Assembly: GCA_965248435.1 (NCBI GenBank)
Contig: OZ252100.1
Span: 1,024,001-1,088,000, forward strand
Reading direction: 5' to 3'
DNA length: 64,000 nucleotides
From: Candidatus Latescibacterota bacterium
Lineage (GTDB): Bacteria; Latescibacterota; UBA2968; GCA-2709665
Below, piece after piece: positions 1-8,552 of this stretch (within the stretch, counting starts at the first letter, position 1; every line of letters begins with the position of its first letter). The position numbers were made by a program, and so were the translations under genes. The notes beneath the pieces were generated by a model. It was given only the letters and a program-made list of their open reading frames with translations. It was not told the origin of the DNA and did no database searches.

Positions 1-137
1 GCATCACATATCCACACTGCATCGAAGACCCTGACGTCGTTCATCAAGCCTTGATTCCTTCATTCCGATTGCCTACATTTCTCGGTCGTGAGCGCGATGA
101 GTGGTCGTCGCAGAGAAGCACTCCGAAAATCGAGATG

Positions 138-170
138 GAAAAACCGTTGGCCTACGCCGGCGGTTTTCTC
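138..170 (+). terminator. Stem-loop, probable intrinsic terminator
   Basis: GAAAAACCGTTGGC-CTAC-GCCGGCGGTTTTCTC; G-U pairs favour the + strand. Confidence 0.5.
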
Positions 171-321
171 GTTGTAAGGAGAGGTTGGTAATCAGGATTC
201 CTCATCACTAAGGTCGTTGTAGCTGACGACCGCGTCATCGGCTCCCTTTGCCTTTCTCGATCCGTTCGGCTTCTAGCCCTCTCTGTCGATCTGCTACCGG
301 ACGGGATTCGGGCGGCTGTTT

Positions 322-573
322 TTACGGCTGTCCCGGTTCATCGGGAGCCCATCCCGGAACCCCATACCGTGGTGCATCGAATGAGATCTTGGATGCTGGA
401 ATCCCTCTCTCTTCCAGGAGCTCCCTGACGTGATCTCGCTCACTCGGGCCAAACGGACCGATGTGATGGACTCGCGCATCTCGAGATCCGATCACGTTGA
501 AGTTTGAGAGCTTGTCGTAGAACTCAGGACACGACGGGAACACTTGGATATAGTATTGTTGCCTAGCCATCAT
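322..573 (-). CDS. Hypothetical protein, 83 aa
   Basis: Protein-like ORF co-directional with the other island genes; weak RBS; no recognised motif. Confidence 0.35.
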   Translation of the reverse strand: MMARQQYYIQVFPSCPEFYDKLSNFNVIGSRDARVHHIGPFGPSERDHVRELLEERGIPASKISFDAPRYGVPGWAPDEPGQP

Positions 574-700
574 CTCGCTGCTGGTGTCTGTTAAGGAGCT
601 TGCTAACCGCTCCCTTCAGGCTCTGCCTTTCTTTCAGGACATGATCAATTCGGTCAGCCAGGTCGATCAGCACTTCCCGTGAGTGCGCGCCGTGTTGCCT

Positions 701-1378
701 TTAATCCTCCTGATCCTCCTTCATATGGTAGTCATGACCGAACCATTTATCTGTTTCCAGCGATTTGGATCTGGCTGACTGTTCTATACGCAGCAGGCAT
801 TCATAAAGCATATCGAACCCTATAGTTGGAACCGGCTCTCCTTGGAAAGTAGTTTCATCGAAGGAAATGCCCTGTGGCCCTCCCAAACCGTGGATAAAAG
901 AGGACCGGATGGAAGCATATGTGAAAGCCGCCAGAGTGCCTCTCCACACATTCCGAGAGAACCACTCACGTTCATGGGCAGTATGGTGTGGAGCCGTCAT
1001 CTGGCCGATTCCCTCTTCCGAGTACAGGCGACCTTTTGCGTTCTCCAAAAGCGTCCGAGTTTTCCTCAATATCGCTTGGACTCGCTTCCCTCGCCTGCCG
1101 GACAGATAGTCGAGAAGCATCTGGGGATGCACCTGCGTAAGCACTTTACACTCGCCATACTCCTTGATTAGCCGGACGAAGTTATAGTTGGAACGATCGT
1201 CTGTCCAATACATCTGATTCGCGAGACCGTCAATGTAAGAACAGCATAGGAGCAGAGCTTCGTGATCGTGGCCTGACTCACGAAGTTCCACACAGAACTC
1301 GATTCGCGCTTCCAGGTCGTCGAAATAGCTCTCGATGATTCTGTGCTTGGCCTGCGTGTTAGTATCCTCATTAGCCAT
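701..1378 (-). CDS. HEPN-like domain protein
   Basis: Helical 225-aa ORF; ALLLCCSYIDGLA helix and RxxxxH motif (IRSSFIHG); GGAG RBS upstream. Confidence 0.6.
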   Translation of the reverse strand: MANEDTNTQAKHRIIESYFDDLEARIEFCVELRESGHDHEALLLCCSYIDGLANQMYWTDDRSNYNFVRLIKEYGECKVLTQVHPQMLLDYLSGRRGKRVQAILRKTRTLLENAKGRLYSEEGIGQMTAPHHTAHEREWFSRNVWRGTLAAFTYASIRSSFIHGLGGPQGISFDETTFQGEPVPTIGFDMLYECLLRIEQSARSKSLETDKWFGHDYHMKEDQED

Positions 1379-1453
1379 TATCCATCTCCAGAACGATGCA
1401 ACGGCAACATGGCTCGCAAGTTGCCGAAGCGCTTCAGCATCCAGAATATAGTC

Positions 1454-1475
1454 AAAAACCTCCCGATCGGGGAGG
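1454..1475 (-). terminator. Intrinsic terminator
   Basis: Minus strand CCTCCC-CGATC-GGGAGG-TTTTT. Confidence 0.6.
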
Positions 1476-1510
1476 CTCCATACTTACAGCCAGTTTGTCC
1501 AAACATGAGG

Positions 1511-1564
1511 CTATAGCCAGCTGGATTCCCTTGCGTAGATGAAGGCCTTCTTCGTCTGGTCCAT
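1511..1564 (-). pseudogene. Possible 5' stub of a serine recombinase gene
   Basis: AAGGTGA RBS then MDQTKKAFIYARESSWL*, matching the resolvase N-terminal Y-x-R-x-S catalytic motif; only 17 codons. Confidence 0.4.
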
Positions 1565-1787
1565 CGTTTGGTCACCTTTGGAATGAAATCGCGTAAGTGT
1601 CCTGGATTTGGTTATAAACGGTATTGAATCGAGGTGCTTGACCCCCACTACACAACTTTGGTCGATTCCCTCAATTTTTGAGCGCCTCTACAGTCAGGTG
1701 ATCGAGTGCTTGACTTTTGATGGAATTTTCGTATTGAAGGCCTGCAACAAAGTTTAACTCTTAGTCCGAGACACGTTTTGGGTAATC

Positions 1788-1818
1788 AAAAGGCCAGCCC
1801 TTGCAAAACGAGCTGGCC
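1788..1818 (-). terminator. Intrinsic terminator
   Basis: GGCCAGC/GCTGGCC stem followed by TTTT on the minus strand. Confidence 0.5.
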
Positions 1819-1843
1819 AAACGGTGCCGAACACCATTTCTCT

Positions 1844-1889
1844 ATGAAAAGGCCCCAGGGATCATCCAAATCCCCAGGGCTATTTTCAT
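1844..1889 (-). terminator. Intrinsic terminator after the 190-aa gene
   Basis: Minus strand GCCCTGGGGAT...ATCCCTGGGGC-CTTTT, 25 nt after the stop. Confidence 0.6.
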
Positions 1890-1914
1890 CGATTCTATCA
1901 CTGCCGCTTGAATG

Positions 1915-2487
1915 CTAGCGACCAGGATAATAGGTCTTGAATGGTAGCAATGCTTTCGTATTTCTGCTTATGCCCGCCAGTTCGTGATTCGTGACTATCG
2001 TTAGCTTCAGTATTCCTCTTCCTTCTATCCTCCTCACAGATATTGCCCAGCTTCTGTCATCTACTTTCTCAGCGTGCACCTCTCCTTTTCCTTCATTAAA
2101 TACATAGTCTTGATCAATTTCTGTGATTTCACCAGGAAAGCCCTTCTTCATTTCCAGTCTGATTCTGGGGCTCATTTCTACATCTTTCTCAGTACTGAGA
2201 GCTTTAATAAACACTTCCAACTTCTGATTGTCATACGTAGTCTCGGTTAGATTGATTATGAACAGATCAACCGACACTTTCTCCCCAGAAGCGTTGTAGG
2301 GTTCGAAGACACAGTAGAGAGGATAATTCGACGCCTCTTGTCTGAGGCCAAGCAATTCGAAAATCGCCGGCTTGAAAACAATGACCGTCAAGAAAAGAAT
2401 GAGGGCGGTCATGATGTTTGCCAAGACTGGCGTGAGAATGTTCCTTTTGACGTCCCATCCTCTGAACATACTGTGGAGTTTGCCCAT
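1915..2487 (-). CDS. Membrane-anchored hypothetical protein
   Basis: One N-terminal TM segment (LANIMTALILFLTVIVF) followed by a beta-rich domain. Confidence 0.7.
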   Translation of the reverse strand: MGKLHSMFRGWDVKRNILTPVLANIMTALILFLTVIVFKPAIFELLGLRQEASNYPLYCVFEPYNASGEKVSVDLFIINLTETTYDNQKLEVFIKALSTEKDVEMSPRIRLEMKKGFPGEITEIDQDYVFNEGKGEVHAEKVDDRSWAISVRRIEGRGILKLTIVTNHELAGISRNTKALLPFKTYYPGR

Positions 2488-2532
2488 ATGAATATCTCAG
2501 TAGTTTACTACTGATTTGCTGTGGAATCACCT

Positions 2533-3147
2533 CTACTGCGACAGTTGGGTAGTTATCTCATCCAACTTGCGTAATATCGCGTAAATTTGTCTCCTAATAG
2601 CGTCTATGTCTCCAGGAGTCACCTGATCGAATTTCTGATCAAGATTGATTCGTTCGACTTTCCCGATTTTCACACTTTTACCTCGATCACCAGATCCTGA
2701 GGATTTGTCCATTACCATAGGGTGGAGTATTCCACGGATTTGTGTCAGACCCGGGGGCCAGTCTACCCTTGCAGTGAAACGAGTGTCTACAGGATTTCCT
2801 GAGACGGTGAAGCAACGGACATATAGGTTGAAGTCTTTTCCCCGAGAACCCCATTTCGCCACCTTGCAACTCTCGCTGCTACCCCCGTAGGCAGTGACTT
2901 GGACACTCCCCCCCTCCTTGCCATTTCCCCCAAGCCCTGGGAACCGGACCCGATAGACACCGACACCCGTTCGAACGATCTTGGGATGTTCCCCGCACGA
3001 ATTGTACGAGTACGTAGAACTCGGAGTATAGCTCTTTTCTGTAGGCTTGTCCGCGAATACATAACCCAATCCTTTTCCTTCTTGCGCAAGCGCGAAAGTA
3101 GGTACGGCCCAAACCATTATAGTTGTGATGAGGAGTCGCATGCTCAT
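2533..3147 (-). CDS. Secreted hypothetical protein
   Basis: Signal peptide (..TFALA-QE), beta-rich Cys-containing domain (YVFADKP..SYTPS..CKV..VRCF), C-terminal coiled coil; GGAGGTGAG RBS. Confidence 0.75.
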   Translation of the reverse strand: MSMRLLITTIMVWAVPTFALAQEGKGLGYVFADKPTEKSYTPSSTYSYNSCGEHPKIVRTGVGVYRVRFPGLGGNGKEGGSVQVTAYGGSSESCKVAKWGSRGKDFNLYVRCFTVSGNPVDTRFTARVDWPPGLTQIRGILHPMVMDKSSGSGDRGKSVKIGKVERINLDQKFDQVTPGDIDAIRRQIYAILRKLDEITTQLSQ

Positions 3148-3309
3148 CTCTCACCTCCCTATTCTTCGCCTTAAGTCAAGGCTCTTGATGAAAGTCTGGG
3201 GGAAGCCCCGATCATTCTGTCGTATTCCCGCCCTCATTCTTGTATGACCCACGTCAAGATATTCTGATGAAAATTGCGGGTGTATTCTTGGCGGAAGCGG
3301 AAGTACTAT

Positions 3310-4185
3310 CTATCGATTCCGAAGGAGCAAGACAATTATGGAGAGGAGACGATGGAAGAGGAAATCGATTTGACTGGCCTGCTGAATCTTCGGCTTTGAG
3401 GTCTCTGAGTGCCTGATCTGAAATTGATTGCCTATGTCTGTAAGGTCTTGAGCTTCCTCTTCCAGTACTTGACGAAACATAGGCTCTGAAGCCGACTTGT
3501 TGAGTATCTTCATAAAGCTATCCTTCTTGTCTTTCCCAGGCTCGAGCGTCTTTAGACGTTCCCAAGCATCCCAGAGCTTCTCTATAGCCTCACGACGAAC
3601 GGCGACATCTGCATTGACGATTTTGCTGATGGCAGTTTCGAGCATTTCATCAAGTTCACTATCTCCGGCGCTAATGACTGTTTCCGTGACTAGCTCATGC
3701 AAACCCGGTGGTAGAAGACGCTCAACACACCCCTTCTCGCTCAGTTGAAAGGCAATACCATTACGGGCAAATATTCGGTTGACATCATCTCTGAAGGAAA
3801 GTTGACCGGCCTCTCGGTCAAAAGTCAGGTGATAGTGGTCATAGAACTTGTGGAATGATCTTTGGATGGGCTCAGCTACGTGAGAATAGCAGAATTCCAA
3901 TAGATCCAATACACCTAGCAGAGGAGGTCGTTCCTGGACATCGAGAGGCCAAAAGACATCCTGGATCTCAGCTTGCAGAGCCAAGCCTATAGTATTCGAG
4001 TCAGTGGCAATACATCCTGGCCTTTCAGGATCAGGACACTGCTCAGGGAAGTCAATTCCGAATGCTCCAGTGGAAACTCGACTTTGAACATTGGAGACGA
4101 TTCCACCCCACACCTGCTGAGATATCTCTTCAGTTATCCGAGGCCCCTGGCCCATTTCTCTGTCACTGAAGTAATTGTCTCGCAT
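3310..4185 (-). CDS. AbiJ-NTD4-like abortive-infection protein
   Basis: N-terminus YFSDRE.G..PR..EEI..VWGGIV; C-terminus REAIEKLWDAWERLK and GNQFQIRHSE..DFLFHRL, recognised as AbiJ-related. Confidence 0.7.
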   Translation of the reverse strand: MRDNYFSDREMGQGPRITEEISQQVWGGIVSNVQSRVSTGAFGIDFPEQCPDPERPGCIATDSNTIGLALQAEIQDVFWPLDVQERPPLLGVLDLLEFCYSHVAEPIQRSFHKFYDHYHLTFDREAGQLSFRDDVNRIFARNGIAFQLSEKGCVERLLPPGLHELVTETVISAGDSELDEMLETAISKIVNADVAVRREAIEKLWDAWERLKTLEPGKDKKDSFMKILNKSASEPMFRQVLEEEAQDLTDIGNQFQIRHSETSKPKIQQASQIDFLFHRLLSIIVLLLRNR

Positions 4186-4274
4186 TGGTAGATAGAATTC
4201 TATAAAGGAACTTCTATGCTGTTACAAACGAAGCAATTTGAAACAGGAGCAGAACGATCAGTTCGGTACTCAGC

Positions 4275-4283
4275 ATTATACCA
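4275..4283 (-). promoter_or_regulatory. Extended -10 promoter for the AbiJ-like gene
   Basis: TGgTATAAT on the minus strand, 90 nt upstream of the ATG. Confidence 0.5.
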
Positions 4284-4335
4284 GCATATCCCGGCGTCTG
4301 GCCTCAATGGGAGATTCTCTATCAGATACAATCCC

Positions 4336-4563
4336 TCAACGATTCAGTATTTGTCTAGCCCTTTCCTTATACTCGATGGGAATGGCCCAGCGAGTGCCTG
4401 AAAATGTGAGAGTTGGTGACTCAGTGGGAAGTCCTTGGTTAATCCAATTTGTGATAAACACCTCGTCTATAGCCTCCCAGGATCGATCAGTCTCGGAAAG
4501 GTAATGCTCCACATCCCACTCGCCGAACCAATCAGAAGGTTCCGCTAACCGCGCCCGCGAGTG
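4336..4563 (-). pseudogene. Gene fragment lacking a clear start
   Basis: 75-codon open frame (..LAEPSDWFGEWDVEHYLSETDRSWEAIDEVF..RARQILNR*) with protein-like composition; only an internal GTG. Confidence 0.3.
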
Positions 4564-4633
4564 CTAACGCTACCTCGCATCATAACGCAGAAAACCTACA
4601 AATGCTCATATAAACACCCCATCTCATTTGTTT

Positions 4634-5668
4634 CTAGCGAAGGAATGGGTCATTTAGGTTGTGATTCGCAAGATCTTCTTTGGAGTCCCCCTGAACAACG
4701 GCCTCTATGAACCACGCACCCCTTTCGAAAGCAAGTTCAAACTCAGCGAATACGTAGTGAGTATCCTGGATAACCCTTTCAAACACATAATGTCCATTGA
4801 TATCTGAACGCGTCGACAGCTCTAGGTGCCGTTCCATTAGAGCCCTGACTCGCCGATTATGCTCGGCTTTCACAACTGAAGCTTCAGCAGAAATCTTATC
4901 TGAGGTTATTCCAAGTCTCTCTGCGATTTGAGGAAGTCTTTTGCACTGTTCGTTCAGGGCGTCAAGGGAAAAAGGCTTTGATTCGATCTTGCTTGAGATT
5001 GTTCGCAAAGCAGATCCGTGCGTGTCATAGACACTCATAAGCATTGTGTACCAGGTGTCGTATACCTCTACTAGGTTTTCTTCAAATGACTTCAAGCGCG
5101 CATCTCTTCCGATCCCTGCCTTCTCTAGCGCTTCCAGCTTCAATAATGCGAGATCAGTACCCACCTTGGCACTGACCAGACCCGTCTCGAAGACCCACAA
5201 ACGGTCTCCACTCGCCACAAGGAAGTCACTCAAAGCGCCGAGCGCCTCATTCATCGCCTTTAGCTCAGCCCTCGCGGAATCGAGGGTACCCGACCAGTCA
5301 TTCAATACCAACGACATACGAGTCGCTGCTTCGTGCTTGGAGGTTTCCATTCCATCGTTAATCCGCTTACCTAACATTAGAACTTCAATACCTCCTAACG
5401 CTCTTGTCTCACCACTCTTCAGAAGGAGAAACACATCACCCGTAAGTATCTTGAGAAGTTTCCTTTCCGCCACTGCCCTATGTTCCGTATCGGGATACTC
5501 TTTTAGGAGTTTCCTATACAGTGAATCCGCATCGATGTAACTCCCATACTTGTAAGCAAGCCGGGCACTATTGGCAAGATCATCCTCGTTGGAGCACGAA
5601 ATGACCAAAAGAATCAGGAAAAGAGCGCAGTAGACAAAATTCTCCGTTCTCACCTTAGCTCCATACAC
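4634..5668 (-). CDS. Lipoprotein: TPR-like segment, long helical region, beta-sandwich-like elements
   Basis: Lipobox LLVISC; YRKLLKEYPDT TPR-like; C-terminal TRSDINGHYVFERV..THYVFA. Confidence 0.7.
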   Translation of the reverse strand: MYGAKVRTENFVYCALFLILLVISCSNEDDLANSARLAYKYGSYIDADSLYRKLLKEYPDTEHRAVAERKLLKILTGDVFLLLKSGETRALGGIEVLMLGKRINDGMETSKHEAATRMSLVLNDWSGTLDSARAELKAMNEALGALSDFLVASGDRLWVFETGLVSAKVGTDLALLKLEALEKAGIGRDARLKSFEENLVEVYDTWYTMLMSVYDTHGSALRTISSKIESKPFSLDALNEQCKRLPQIAERLGITSDKISAEASVVKAEHNRRVRALMERHLELSTRSDINGHYVFERVIQDTHYVFAEFELAFERGAWFIEAVVQGDSKEDLANHNLNDPFLR

Positions 5669-5702
5669 CTTACTTTTCCACTATATCAGAAACCCCTATG
5701 GC

Positions 5703-6785
5703 TCACCCAGGACTCTGTCCAATAGCGTTCTCGGGAAAAGTGACGTTGAGGCGTAGATTCTTTTCACCAAATCTCCCTTCTCTTTTCCGAACAGGTAGCC
5801 ATCTTGGACCATCGGTGCCGTGAACGCTTTCCCAAATTGTGCGTATAATTTCGAAAGTGGAGTCTACAGCTTGATCAACAACCTCGTGTGAGACATCATG
5901 AAACATTGATTCCTTTACGTAACCACGTTCCGATCTTTGGGAGCCGGGCTCGCAGTGTATAATTGCATCCCGACGTAATTTGATGGAGCCAAATAGGACC
6001 GACATCGGTGGATTATTAGCATCCAGGTTGCACTCCTTAGCACCGATCGCGGGAGGAAGCTGAATTATTCTATTCTTCAATGCCTTCCTTGTATCGGTCA
6101 GTTTTCTGCGAAGCGGGGCTTCGATGTTTGGGTGCTCCATAATGTAGGCACGAGCAAGGCCGGACACAAAAGACTCGAGTAGATTGAAGCAAGTAACTAT
6201 AACTCCCCGTGCTAGTGACTGCCAATTCTCTGCAGCTGCGCCGACCCATTCGGGAGGCGGGATATTTTCGACCGATCTTATGAGATCTTGAGCATCTCTG
6301 AAAAGGTTGTAAATCAAGCTGAGATCTCGGGAAAGCATGTACTCTGGGTGCCGAATAGCAACGCCAAATCCTGGCTGCAACAATAACTCGCCATAAGGTG
6401 GAACCTCTACAAGCCTATGGGCAGTGAGTTTCCCTACGTTTGATTCAAACTCTTGTGCCGTGCTGAGTGTCAACGTATTGCAAAACGGCTCACTGGTCTG
6501 CATGCATTGATCAAACTTATCTGCAAGCCGGGCTGCCGCATTGAGGCGCTGTCTTTTTCCTTTCGCCTCCACAATACGATTCAGAGCATCGTAAAAATCG
6601 TAGCGGAGGTCGCCGACATACTTCCTCAGTCGCTTAAGTGTCATTTGACTACAATTTTCCACGCTAAGGTCAGTATGAGTAGGGATCTCACCTAACCAAA
6701 ATAGGCACAAGACCCACGCCTTCTTAAGAATAACACTTTCTGCTGCCAGCAAGTCTCTTCGCGTCTTCATATCCAGCCCAGCCAC
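5703..6785 (-). CDS. HEPN-like domain protein with N-terminal extension
   Basis: VIVTCFNLLESFVS helix and RxxxxH motif (RRDAIIHC). Confidence 0.65.
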   Translation of the reverse strand: MAGLDMKTRRDLLAAESVILKKAWVLCLFWLGEIPTHTDLSVENCSQMTLKRLRKYVGDLRYDFYDALNRIVEAKGKRQRLNAAARLADKFDQCMQTSEPFCNTLTLSTAQEFESNVGKLTAHRLVEVPPYGELLLQPGFGVAIRHPEYMLSRDLSLIYNLFRDAQDLIRSVENIPPPEWVGAAAENWQSLARGVIVTCFNLLESFVSGLARAYIMEHPNIEAPLRRKLTDTRKALKNRIIQLPPAIGAKECNLDANNPPMSVLFGSIKLRRDAIIHCEPGSQRSERGYVKESMFHDVSHEVVDQAVDSTFEIIRTIWESVHGTDGPRWLPVRKREGRFGEKNLRLNVTFPENAIGQSPG

Positions 6786-6853
6786 TCAGTGGATAGTCTA
6801 TAAAAGAACCTCCACCAGATTTCTAATTCACATCTTCCTTTCTCCCCGCAACT

Positions 6854-7513
6854 TCAACAGGTGTGATCTTGAGAGACCATATGAAACTCGAAGCCATATC
6901 TTGGGTTTAGTGTCGCATAGCGCCAAAGCACAAGATCAACCTCTGCGACATCATCGCCAGTCATCTCTCCGATTGTCATGCATAAATCCTGTGCTGAATC
7001 AAATCCAGCCGCCTCTGCGATCCTAACCATATGCCGATCAGGCTTGGCAACGGAAATTCCGATGTTCTTCAGAAGATGTAAACCGGTCACTGGACCTATG
7101 AATGGAAAGTTCTGAACGTAATCAAGACGATACTCCCACGTACGCTTCTTAACATTCTTAAATTTCTCATCTGCCACTTTTCCGATAATATCACAAATGG
7201 CGTTAATCTTGGCCAGGTGTCGAAAAATCTCAAGAGCTCTCTTTCGACAATCGTCTAAAACCGAGCATATCGCGCCGGCGCTACGCCACTCCAAAAAAGC
7301 GCAAGAGACACCGGGGAAAAGGCTACGAACTATGGCTTCGCGGAATCCGGAAGACAAAACAACCCATGCTGTCTCCCGGAGGAATTCGCTTTCCGTAAGG
7401 TCATCAAATGACCGTTCCGACTGCCAGTCTAGCTCCCAACCATAGCCCTGCTGAACAACGAATTCCTTGGCATCAAGGTATTTGTGCACTAGCAATTCCA
7501 GGCCTTCATCCAT
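6854..7513 (-). CDS. HhH-GPD superfamily DNA glycosylase-like protein without Fe-S cluster
   Basis: HhH FPFIGPVTGLHLLKNIG then KPDRH (catalytic Asp position); DLVLW at C-terminus; ATG at 7513 overlaps the upstream stop (ATGGATGA). Confidence 0.7.
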   Translation of the reverse strand: MDEGLELLVHKYLDAKEFVVQQGYGWELDWQSERSFDDLTESEFLRETAWVVLSSGFREAIVRSLFPGVSCAFLEWRSAGAICSVLDDCRKRALEIFRHLAKINAICDIIGKVADEKFKNVKKRTWEYRLDYVQNFPFIGPVTGLHLLKNIGISVAKPDRHMVRIAEAAGFDSAQDLCMTIGEMTGDDVAEVDLVLWRYATLNPRYGFEFHMVSQDHTC

Positions 7514-8036
7514 GATTGCCTCTCTTAAAGCTCCTGCACAAACCACGCCAACGTAGTTGGGCACTCAGTACCAACACCGGCGCTCCAGGGCACTCATCAA
7601 TCCTTCTACTGAGTAGCATCTTAAAAGCATGCCGTGCTTTAAGTCTGGCAAACTTTCTTTCGGGAATCTCTACAACGCTTCCCATGGCCTCAGTAAACCT
7701 TGTGTGGAGACGCTTATTTTCGTCCTCATCTTTTCCCCTGTATTCAGAATACGATTCCCGGTAATCAGATTTCAGCACACTCAATTTCTTTACGGCCTCA
7801 TCATGCAAAGCTGATTTTCCCTCCCAATCCACCCGAAACCCAACTAATGCGAACACAAAAACAAGGATGGAGGCCAATCCGAGACCAAGTTTGATTGTAT
7901 CAGGCCTTAGGCCAAAGTAGGCTTCTATTTCGTTATCTGCGAATACAAGCGCGCAAAGAAAGGTTGTTGTTACTAGCAATGCGAGATTCAAAGAAAGCGC
8001 ACGGCGGATGTAATTGTCCCTTTCTAAGGCGTGCAT
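7506..8036 (-). CDS. SLATT-like two-TM effector, probably 5'-truncated
   Basis: Two TM helices then W..KS..H..A..KLS.LK..Y helical region; frame stays open and protein-like upstream to about 8085 (KSENDRQYDTINQTLS) with no start codon. Confidence 0.6.
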   Translation of the reverse strand: MHALERDNYIRRALSLNLALLVTTTFLCALVFADNEIEAYFGLRPDTIKLGLGLASILVFVFALVGFRVDWEGKSALHDEAVKKLSVLKSDYRESYSEYRGKDEDENKRLHTRFTEAMGSVVEIPERKFARLKARHAFKMLLSRRIDECPGAPVLVLSAQLRWRGLCRSFKRGNHG

Positions 8037-8038
8037 GC

Positions 8039-8530
8039 TTAGGGTTTGATTAATGGTATCATACTGGCGATCATTTTCGCTCTTGAGACATCTTCTCTGC
8101 AGATCACCTGATTCCGCGCGTTCAGGAAAACCGCCACAAAGTACTCCTTCCTGCGGTCCTTGATGTCGGACACGATCGGCACGAGATCCGCTGGGCTCGT
8201 GATCGTGGGCGCGATTCCGATTCCTTTTCCAAGTCCTCTGCGCGAGAATTCGAACGCCGCCATCATCCCTGCGGCCTTCGCGCGTCCGATCCCCTTGATC
8301 CGCGTCAACTCGGCGAGGCCCATCTTCATCAACTCCTCCGGCGAGCGCTTCACGAGGATCTCCGAGGCGATCTCCAGTACGTTTTTCCCCTCATAGCCGG
8401 TTCTGAGCAAGACAGCGAGCAGCTCCTCATTACGGAGTGCCTCTGGTCCCAACCGCTCCATCTTCTCGCGGGGCAGGTCTATGTCGGCAACACCGGGAAA
8501 TCCCTCACGCATACTCATACACAAAGCCAT
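8039..8530 (-). pseudogene. radC: Truncated RadC (UPF0758/JAB) protein
   Basis: PREKMERLGPEAL..ELLAVLLRTG, HhH IKGIGRAKA, KEYFVAVFLNARNQVI; similarity stops at REDVS, so the HPREVF and HNHPSG JAB motifs are absent; likely start 8512 or 8518. Confidence 0.85.
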
Positions 8531-8552
8531 TTGTCAATGCGACCCGCTACCC

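Noticed and set aside
3-191. IS91-like transposase C-terminus (CIEDPDVV)
   Set aside because: Only about 8 residues of resemblance at the window edge; the remainder does not fit
322-8036. Integron cassette array
   Set aside because: Genes are co-directional, but I found no paired RYYYAAC...GTTRRRY attC sites and no intI. The shared GCTAACCGC (602, 4544) and the 1387-1446 hairpin do not form complete attC structures.
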